Shown piece by piece: positions 18,330 through 25,932 of a DNA stretch of 64,000 bases. Position 1 is the stretch's first letter; the number at the start of each line of letters is the position of its first letter. Below the pieces are notes generated by a model. It saw nothing but the letters and a program-made list of their open reading frames with translations, was not told the origin of the DNA and ran no database searches. A program made the translations under genes and the position numbers. Source of the DNA: a virus; the IMG/VR virus record IMGVR_UViG_3300028800_000084, positions 7,286 to 71,285 of that record. One strand, written 5' to 3'.

Positions 18330-19751
18330 TCATCGCTTCCTCCGTCTGGGCGTCGGCTTGCGCGGCGCTCGCTTACGTGCTTCCTGCGCTGCTGCCGTGA
18401 GCGCGGCTGAACGCGCCGGGTCGTCCGTGGCGGCGGCAATGGCATCGGTAACGTCCGCATAGTCCGTTTCCACGTCCTCTAGCACGTCATTCCACGGGTC
18501 AACGTCAATGGCAGCAGGGTCGGTGTTCCAGCGCGTGTTCAGCGCCGTGAAGATGCCCCGGTCGGTCATGTTCCAAGGTGGCTTGCTCAGAACCTCGTGC
18601 GGCTCGTCCGTGACCGTGAAGCCGAGCGCCGTGAGCCGGTCGAGGACGGGCTGGAACTTCTCGTGGGTGACGTGGCGCTCACCGACGATGTAGTGGACGC
18701 GCTTGAGCGTATCGTCGGCGGCGTGGAACAAGATGTCCATTTCGCTTCCCTCGACATCCAATTTCAATAGAGAGATGTACTCATAATCGCCCGTCATGAG
18801 TTCTTCCAGCATCACCTTGTCGGAAACGATGACTGCTGACCCCTCAACGGCATCGGACGCCTTAGCAAGATAATGACCACCGCTGTTGATTGGGTCAACG
18901 GTCAGATAATTCAGCGTAGGGTCGTAGGTGAGCGCCGCCCTCACCGCAATTACGCCGTCCAGGTGTTCGGTGTTCCGCCATGTCAGGTCGTAATTGCCCA
19001 GCTCCGGCTCAATCGCCAGCACGCAGCAGTCCGGGTACAGGTGCTTGACCCATGCCGCGAAGTCACCTAGCATTGCTCCGGCGTCAATGACCGTCGTCAG
19101 CGGGAAGTCAGGCAGCGGATACGACTGCGCCTCCTGCACCGCGTGGCGGTCGGCAGGGCCGTACTGGTTCGTGCGGGTCAGCACAGTGACGCCGTTGAAC
19201 GTGTACGGTTCGTAGGGCGGGCGCGGCGCGACTTTGCGATACACGTAAGTCAGGTCGTCCTGCTCAACCAGTTCAAGGCTCTCTGCGAAACTGGCGACCG
19301 CCTCAATGACCATCGGACTGTTGCTATCATGGGTTGCCACCAAGCCGCCGTCAGTGACGTGAGGGAGCCACGCCTCAAGGTCAGCCGCCGCCTGCCCGTG
19401 GTCGCCGTCCAGGAAGAACAGCGAAATGGGCTTGTCCCAGACCGCCGCAGCCTGAAGGGAGCGCATGTTTACCGGTTGGACGCGGGCGGATAGGCCGAAC
19501 CGCGCCACGTTGGCCGTCCACGCCTCACGGTCGGCGTCTCCAAACGGGTAGTTGTCGGACGGGATGTGCGGGTCAACGGAAAAGACGGGCACATGAGCGT
19601 GCAGCGCCAGGGCAATCGTTGATTTGCCCCGAAAGCAACCCACCTCGACTATCACGCCGTCGGAAATCGTCGCCGCGAGGCGGTTCAGAAGCCGAATTTC
19701 GCCCGGAAACATGAAATTGTCGTACAGGTCGAACACCAGTTCAATTCCCAT
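18330..19751 (-). CDS. Double methyltransferase (Methyltransf_24-like fused to FkbM-like)
   Basis: VEVGCFRGKST...FLDGDH...HD in the N-half; VIDAGAMLG, AIEPELGN, LKLDVEGSE in the C-half. Confidence 0.85.
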   Translation of the reverse strand: MGIELVFDLYDNFMFPGEIRLLNRLAATISDGVIVEVGCFRGKSTIALALHAHVPVFSVDPHIPSDNYPFGDADREAWTANVARFGLSARVQPVNMRSLQAAAVWDKPISLFFLDGDHGQAAADLEAWLPHVTDGGLVATHDSNSPMVIEAVASFAESLELVEQDDLTYVYRKVAPRPPYEPYTFNGVTVLTRTNQYGPADRHAVQEAQSYPLPDFPLTTVIDAGAMLGDFAAWVKHLYPDCCVLAIEPELGNYDLTWRNTEHLDGVIAVRAALTYDPTLNYLTVDPINSGGHYLAKASDAVEGSAVIVSDKVMLEELMTGDYEYISLLKLDVEGSEMDILFHAADDTLKRVHYIVGERHVTHEKFQPVLDRLTALGFTVTDEPHEVLSKPPWNMTDRGIFTALNTRWNTDPAAIDVDPWNDVLEDVETDYADVTDAIAAATDDPARSAALTAAAQEARKRAPRKPTPRRRKR

Positions 19752-20244
19752 CAGATTTCAACCCTTCTCAGTGGCGGGATGATGACATACTGCGCGTAAG
19801 CTTGCATACTGACGCTAATCACCCATCCAATCAGGATGCTCAGGTCGCGGTCGCTGCAATGTTCCTTGCGCCCTTCGGCAACCGCCAGTTCAATGGCCTT
19901 ATCGAAATACTCATCGCGGCTTGGATTTCTTTTCGTCTCACTCCACTCCACGAAAGCATCACCGGAACGGTTCATGACCCGGCTCATTTTAGCGGGGTCG
20001 TCGTAAGCCAGATAAAAGCAAACCTTACCGTTGCCTTGCCCGAAGTCCAGCGGCCTTGCGTCGTCCGGCAGCACACTATCGTAACTTAGCCACAACTTGC
20101 CGTCCCAAACGCCCAGACTGACCGTATCGCCCAACGGCAGAAATTTTACCGCCGGGTTGCGTTCGAAGGGGCCGTTGTTCCACAGTTCCATGTCGGGCGG
20201 CAGTTTCGACAGCGCCCGCACGAGGTCAGCCACAGTTAGTGTCA

Positions 20245-21915
20245 TTAGCGTTTCCCCCCATTGCGCACTCTCCACGCCAGTTCGTCCGTTCGCTCAATCG
20301 TCTGCCCCGGTGACAGCGCCTTTTGCAAGGTCGGCGCAACGAGGCGCGGCACGTCCAGCGCCTTCCACAGGCCGTGCGCCACCTGGAACATGGACGTGCC
20401 GCCCCGGTACACGCACTGCACGGCCAGCGTCCAACTGCTCGCCGCGTCGTCGTGCGAGCCTTCCGGCGCTTTGAGCGTGTTCACGTCGATGATGGACAGT
20501 TGCAGTATCGTTACGCGGTCGAACAGGATAGGTCGGCAGGCTTCCAGGTGCAGCCCGCCCGCCTCGTCCTTCGTCTCGCCAATCACTTCCGCCAGCGCCT
20601 TCTCGCCCGTGTCGTACAGGGCGTTCTTGGAGCGCTCCGACGTCACCCACCCGGCGTCCCGCTCGGTGTTGCCGCGGCGGTTCATGCCGCGCCGCAGATT
20701 AGCCCCGCGCTCCTTCGACTGTGCGAGGAAAGCGTGACCGTGGTTGTTCAGTTCGAACAAGTCGGCGGCGTTGTTGTAGTAAAGCGACAGGTCGTAGGCG
20801 TAGTTGGCAAACTGCGTCGGCTCCACCTTGTTCTGAATAACGGCGCACTGCTCCAGTGTCTCGGCGTCCACGACACAAGCGAAACTGTCATCGCTATCGG
20901 TCGTGCCGCCCGCCGGGTCAGCGCCCAGCCCGTAAGTGCGGTCGGGGCGGGGCAGGATATAGAGCCTGAGGCCCGGTATCTGCGGAGCGTCGGCGGGCGT
21001 CAGCAAGGGGTCGCGCACTTGCGACACCGCCCGCAGCCAGGCCGGGCTGTAGCGCACGCTCAAGCTACGCGCCGACAGCGCCTCATCCGCCGTGCGCGGG
21101 TAATGCTTGTAGAGGCGGTCGAGCGTGCCGTAAGTCGAGAGCGCTTCTTTCTCCTGTTCGGCGTACCACTCCGCCGTGCGGTTGGGATTGTCGAACACGC
21201 CGAGGAAGGCAAAGCCCCACAAGCCGCCGCCCGCCATCGCCACCCGGCACAACTGCTGGAAGTGCGAGCCGGGCGTGTCCTCGTTGCGCGTCGAGAGGAC
21301 AATCAGCGTGTTATCCCCGGCGTCGATGGTCGGGCGCACGTTGGAGATGAGCAGCGCCAGGTCGTCGGTAAAGTCGGCCTCGTCAATGACGACATCGGTG
21401 GCGGCGTTGGAGCGCCCGCCGGAGGAAGCCGGGAGTGCCTGGGCGCGGCTGCCGTTCGCCAGCCGGAACTCGTGGGCGCTGTCGGCGGTAATGTCCTGCT
21501 GCAACCACGGCGGCAGTCTGTCGTACATGCCGTGCAGACGCTCCAGTAGTTTTATAGCCTCATCGTCGCGCTGCGAGAACAGCAGCACTTCCCGTATCGG
21601 GCGGAACAACATCTTATGCAGCTTATCAGCCACCACCAGCCACGTCAGGCCGTTCTGCCGAGCCTTGAGGATAGCCAGGAACTTATGCAACGCGAAAGCA
21701 CCGAGTGCCCGCGCCTGCGCGTCCCACAGGGCGAACGGTATCCACGATGCACTCACGTTGTCGTAAATCTGGCAGTAGTGACTGATGAAATACGCGCTGT
21801 CGGCGGCGCAGCGCTCCCGTTCGGCGGCCACCTGCGTCTTCGTCGGCGGACGCGGGCGGGCAAAGGCGGCGTCGGCCAGGAAGGGCAGCAGGTCGGCGGG
21901 TAGGCGGTCAGGCAA
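20245..21915 (-). CDS. Terminase large subunit
   Basis: LKARQNGLT (Walker A-like), VVIDEA (Walker B), GADPAGG...DDS and HDD nuclease motifs. Start inferred as TTG at 21915 after AAGGA. Confidence 0.92.
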   Translation of the reverse strand: MPDRLPADLLPFLADAAFARPRPPTKTQVAAERERCAADSAYFISHYCQIYDNVSASWIPFALWDAQARALGAFALHKFLAILKARQNGLTWLVVADKLHKMLFRPIREVLLFSQRDDEAIKLLERLHGMYDRLPPWLQQDITADSAHEFRLANGSRAQALPASSGGRSNAATDVVIDEADFTDDLALLISNVRPTIDAGDNTLIVLSTRNEDTPGSHFQQLCRVAMAGGGLWGFAFLGVFDNPNRTAEWYAEQEKEALSTYGTLDRLYKHYPRTADEALSARSLSVRYSPAWLRAVSQVRDPLLTPADAPQIPGLRLYILPRPDRTYGLGADPAGGTTDSDDSFACVVDAETLEQCAVIQNKVEPTQFANYAYDLSLYYNNAADLFELNNHGHAFLAQSKERGANLRRGMNRRGNTERDAGWVTSERSKNALYDTGEKALAEVIGETKDEAGGLHLEACRPILFDRVTILQLSIIDVNTLKAPEGSHDDAASSWTLAVQCVYRGGTSMFQVAHGLWKALDVPRLVAPTLQKALSPGQTIERTDELAWRVRNGGKR

Positions 21916-22252
21916 GGTCGGCGTCCTTCTTCGGCAAATACCCGCAGCCAATAAGGCGTTCCGTCAGGTCAGCAAAAGCCAGAGGACCGAAATTGTGCCC
22001 AGGGTGCGGGAATGGCATCTCAAGGCACTCCGGGTAGCCAGCTTGAGAAACTTCTACAGCGCGGGCAATCGTGTCAACGCCGCTCCGCAAGAGCGCATTG
22101 CTTGTACGAGAACGTATCTTTAGCTCCACGAAAGGGCCGCGCACCGCGATATATTTGCCCGCCTCAAGCGAAGGCATATCGTACAACTCCTCGATAATCT
22201 TTGCCTTGCCGTACCTCCCTATCAAAACGCGCAGTTCATCGCGCAGCGTCAT
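21908..22252 (-). CDS. RNA polymerase alpha C-terminal domain-like protein
   Basis: ELKIRSRTSNALLRSGVDTI...NFGPLAFADL parallels alpha-CTD L.L..RS.N.L....I...NLG.KS..EI. Confidence 0.65.
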   Translation of the reverse strand: MTLRDELRVLIGRYGKAKIIEELYDMPSLEAGKYIAVRGPFVELKIRSRTSNALLRSGVDTIARAVEVSQAGYPECLEMPFPHPGHNFGPLAFADLTERLIGCGYLPKKDADLA

Positions 22253-22659
22253 TCATCCTTCTTCTGCTGGTAAGACAACGGGGATACCCCACCTAGTTTT
22301 TTCTTCGCCTGCGCTTTGTTGAATGCAATCCGTTCGGCAGGCGTCATCTCTCGCTGTATTACAACTGGCGCAGGTTGTATTACATCTTCCGCCCCGTTGC
22401 CATTTTGTAATACATTTTTGGACGGCTCAGGTGATTTATGTATTACAAGTTTTACCTTGCGACCCTTCGGCGGCTGATTTTGTATTACATCTGGCACGGG
22501 TTGTAATACATCAGGGATGGAGTAGGGCGGGTTGTAATACAACCGCAGAGCAGTCCGCCAGACCTGCGACCGCTGGCGTTTCGGAATGATGGACAGCCGT
22601 TCTAGCAGGTCGGCGTCCTTATCCGTGTTCAACCGCAAAGTAACTACCACCGTCGCCAT
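22249..22659 (-). CDS. RHH-like small DNA-binding protein with repeat-derived tail
   Basis: VVVTLRLNTDKDADLLERL...RSQVWRTALRLY is a strand-helix-helix pattern. V(I/L)Q repeats in the tail arise from DNA palindromes. Confidence 0.6.
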   Translation of the reverse strand: MATVVVTLRLNTDKDADLLERLSIIPKRQRSQVWRTALRLYYNPPYSIPDVLQPVPDVIQNQPPKGRKVKLVIHKSPEPSKNVLQNGNGAEDVIQPAPVVIQREMTPAERIAFNKAQAKKKLGGVSPLSYQQKKDE

Positions 22660-22702
22660 TTGTAATACATTCCTTCCGATGTAATACAAAAAGTGTAATA
22701 CA
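22355..22702. repeat. Ten copies of palindrome TGTA(A/T)TACA
   Basis: Copies start at 22355, 22376, 22406, 22439, 22481, 22502, 22533, 22661, 22680, 22694. Confidence 0.95.
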
Positions 22703-23955
22703 AACGTTCTGGCGCGTCAAGCTTTGAGTCAAATTTGACCCAATTCCCCAATTGGGGAAATCCGCCCTTTTGCGATTTTTCGCGGCGCAAAATTTCCGCG
22801 CCCGGTTCATTTCGCCCACACCCAGTACACGGCGTAGCCGAGCACGACCACGTCCAGCAGTATCCAGAACGCACACCAGAACACCCACCACGGCAGGCTC
22901 TCTTCAAGGCGGTCGGACTTTATCGGCTCTGGTTGCACAGCAGGGACGCGGGACGGCGCGTGTTCGGCGGGGATATGCGGCGGCGGAATTAACCGTCCAT
23001 CGACTTCAACGCGCATGTCCGCCAGTTGCCGGTTGTAGGCAGCCTGCGCCTCGGCAATCTGTCGTTCGTAGTCGGCCCGTGCATCGGCAAGGGAGCGCTC
23101 GCGGGGCGGCTTCGGTTCAATGGTCATGGCGTCACGTCCTCGAACCGGTAGCCGGGCGGCACCACGGGCAGCGCTGTGACCGTCCAGCCCGCCTGCCGGA
23201 ACTGCGCTACGATGCTCTCGTGCTCGGCCAGCCACACGACCAGACCCTCGTCGTCACGCGGGCCGGGAAAGTCGAGCAGGCCCATCTTCAGACGCTCATT
23301 GATTATCGTCACTATGGCCTCGCGCAGCGAAGCCTTATACTCCACCGCGCGAGGGCGCACCTCGGCGGGCGTCAGCGCGTGGACGATACTGCGCTCCTTC
23401 GCCCGCTTTGCCATCTCCTGCGGGTCGTCACCGTTACGCTGTCCGTACTCGTGCCATGCGGCGGCGAAGTCCAGATTGTCGATGTCCATCTTCTACCTCC
23501 CGTAATCCGTGCAATTTACCTTGTCTATCACCGGGTTAACGCCGAAGAAGCCGCACATCTGCCCGACAGTCAAGATGCCGTAGTCAGTCGGTTCCATGAC
23601 CTCGAACGCTTGTAACGCGCCGCTCGGTAGTTGTACTGCGACGTAATCCCCGCCGCGTTCCGTCCATAATCGTTCGACCGTTCCGATAGCGATAGGCAAC
23701 GCGGGATGCGCATTGATAGCTATCAGGAGCAGCAGAAGGGCTACCAGACCTGCGGCTAAACCCGCCACATTGTCATCATCCATTCGTTAGCTCCGTTCGT
23801 AGCTCGTGCGGGACGAGCGCCCTTTTGATTTTCTGCGCCGGATCGCCAGCGCCCTCACAGGAACTATTACCCGGCGGCCTAAAGACATGCGTTTACTTGC
23901 GTTCTGTCCCTATGCCCGCCCCTATGTGGTTGGCGTCCTACTGCCGTTAGAGGTT

Positions 23956-23983
23956 ACTTCCGATAAGAGTATTTATCAGTAGT
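23956..23983. other. dif-like Xer recombination site
   Basis: ACTTCCGATAA-GAGTAT-TTATCAGTAGT: 11-6-11 architecture with ATAA/TTAT inner arms, intergenic. Confidence 0.6.
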
Positions 23984-23988
23984 GAACA

Positions 23989-24750
23989 TCACTCGCCCTT
24001 ATCGCCTAGCGCCTTGTCCTCGCCGCGTGCCAGCGCTGGCACCACGTTAGCGAGTCGTGGTAGATGCGCCTCTATCGCTGCCATGATGTCGTCGAGCGCT
24101 TGCACTGGGTCCAGGTTAGCGCGGGCGCATAGAGCGTCATAGCGCAGCATGGCAACCTCTAGCTCAGGCCGTACGCCGCTTAGCTTGTTGAGGTGCGTCC
24201 TGGCTATTCCCCCTACCACGGCCAGGTCACGGGGCATGGCTGATCTCATCTTGTCGGTTGAGGTTAGTTCGTCTAGTGCGAGGTCTTCGACACGTTGCCA
24301 TTTAGATGTTACCGCTTGCTTGCCGTCTAGTGCGGCTTGTTGGGCGTGCTCAATGCTCACAGTAGGCTTAGGCACAATGGCGCGTGCTTCGTCGTGCAGT
24401 TCGTCGTGCCAGCGTGCCAGTGTGCCAGTGGCGACATCGGCATTAAGGACAGCGCGCGCTGCGTTTAGGCCGTCCTCACTGAGAGGATGCTCCCGACCAG
24501 CGTGAAGCATGGCAACCACGGCGTTAAGCTTTTCCTGGCTTGTCCAAGCGCGCGGGCTGGCACGTTTTCCAGTTCGCTTACTTTCGTCGGGTTCACTGCT
24601 TTGGGTACTTTGTACACTATCCGCGCTTGCCCTACGCGCAGCGCTACGCACGGGCGCATCGGCAGCGCTACGCACCGACGGCACCGCGCTAGAGCTTCCC
24701 GCGCTTGTGCTTCCGCGCTTGCCGCGTGTTGCGCTTGTTCTACGTGCCAT
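23989..24750 (-). CDS. Putative terminase small subunit
   Basis: First large gene of the packaging arm; HTH-like WTSQEKL...GTLARW followed by a helical oligomerisation region. Confidence 0.55.
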   Translation of the reverse strand: MARRTSATRGKRGSTSAGSSSAVPSVRSAADAPVRSAARRASADSVQSTQSSEPDESKRTGKRASPRAWTSQEKLNAVVAMLHAGREHPLSEDGLNAARAVLNADVATGTLARWHDELHDEARAIVPKPTVSIEHAQQAALDGKQAVTSKWQRVEDLALDELTSTDKMRSAMPRDLAVVGGIARTHLNKLSGVRPELEVAMLRYDALCARANLDPVQALDDIMAAIEAHLPRLANVVPALARGEDKALGDKGE

Positions 24751-24809
24751 AGTCCCCTCGCTTATCGTTGGCCGCGATTATGGCGCATCGCGCAGTACAG
24801 CGCAACGTG

Positions 24810-25052
24810 CTAGGCGCTTTCATCGGGCAGCGGCGCATAGGGGGTATCGGCAGCAGCACCTACAACAGGCTTGCTAGGCCAATGGTGGTTGCCTCCTCGC
24901 TTAGGCTGTTCTACTGGCGTGCTAAGCATTGTAGTCAATCCGTCTCGGATGACTTCGGACATTTTTCGATGCTGGTTAAAAGCCTGTTGACGTAGTGCCT
25001 CATAGGTACTTTCGTCAATCAGGAATGTAACCCGCTTGAGTTTTTCAGGCAT
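24810..25052 (-). CDS. Ribbon-helix-helix regulator
   Basis: LKRVTFLIDESTYEALRQQAFNQHRKMSEVIRDGL; SD GGAGG. Confidence 0.8.
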   Translation of the reverse strand: MPEKLKRVTFLIDESTYEALRQQAFNQHRKMSEVIRDGLTTMLSTPVEQPKRGGNHHWPSKPVVGAAADTPYAPLPDESA

Positions 25053-25137
25053 AGGTTTTACTTCCTCCTGTTTTTAACTCTAATCCGAGATTGTCAGATT
25101 GTCAAACACGAGTTTTAGCAATTTACAAATTGGGGTA

Positions 25138-25166
25138 TTGACAAGATTATCATTATGGATTATTCT
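25138..25166 (+). promoter_or_regulatory. Sigma70-type promoter of the early region
   Basis: TTGACA-17 bp-TATTCT. GATT(G/A)TCA repeats at ~25089-25104 and 25145 may be operators. Confidence 0.75.
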
Positions 25167-25435
25167 TATGACAGTGAAGGAAAACAACAGCCCCGACGAA
25201 CGAACCACGGCGGGATGAACGGGAGTGACCGGCTCCAAAGGCGCGAAAGCGAACAAACAAGCGGCGACCAGCAGTTAACGTAACACTGCACGATAAAAGC
25301 GTTTTTGACGGATTAAATGAAGATAACCAGCGATTAACTAGCACGAACGGTTAACCGCTGGATTGAAACAACATAGGATAGCGAACCGTTGTTTTGTTCG
25401 CTATCCCATTGTCGCTTTAATCAAAAGGGCAATAA

Positions 25436-25921
25436 ATGACAGTAGAAATCACGCTCACAAGGGGCTACACAGCTTTGATTGACGATGATGATAGAGAGTT
25501 GGCGCTTCACAAATGGCATTCCCGTGAAGATGCGACAACAGTGTATGTAATTCGCAGTACTCCACGGATTAATGGAAAGCAGCAAACCGTTCTTCTCCAT
25601 CGGTTGATAATGTCAAGGATGATAGGTCGCCAACTCGGTACACAAGAATTCGTTGACCACATCAACCGGAACGGGTTAGACAATCGGCGCGAAAATCTAC
25701 GGTTAGCCACCAGTTCCGAGAATTCGCACAACAGCCGAAAGCATGTTGACAACACATCGGGATTTAAGGGAGTGACGCGCGATAACAACAAATGGAAAGC
25801 GCAGATATGCGTTAATCGCAAGGTTATCCATTTAGGAAACTTCAACACTCCCGAAGAAGCACACGCCGCGTATGTAGAAGCGGCATTGAAGTATCACGGA
25901 AAATTCGCAAGGAATGAATAG
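25436..25921 (+). CDS. HNH-AP2 endonuclease
   Basis: LHRLIM...VDHINRNGLDNRRENLR, NTSGFKGV..KWKAQI...LGNF.TPEEAHAAY. Confidence 0.93.
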   Translation: MTVEITLTRGYTALIDDDDRELALHKWHSREDATTVYVIRSTPRINGKQQTVLLHRLIMSRMIGRQLGTQEFVDHINRNGLDNRRENLRLATSSENSHNSRKHVDNTSGFKGVTRDNNKWKAQICVNRKVIHLGNFNTPEEAHAAYVEAALKYHGKFARNE

Positions 25922-25932
25922 GATAACCAACC

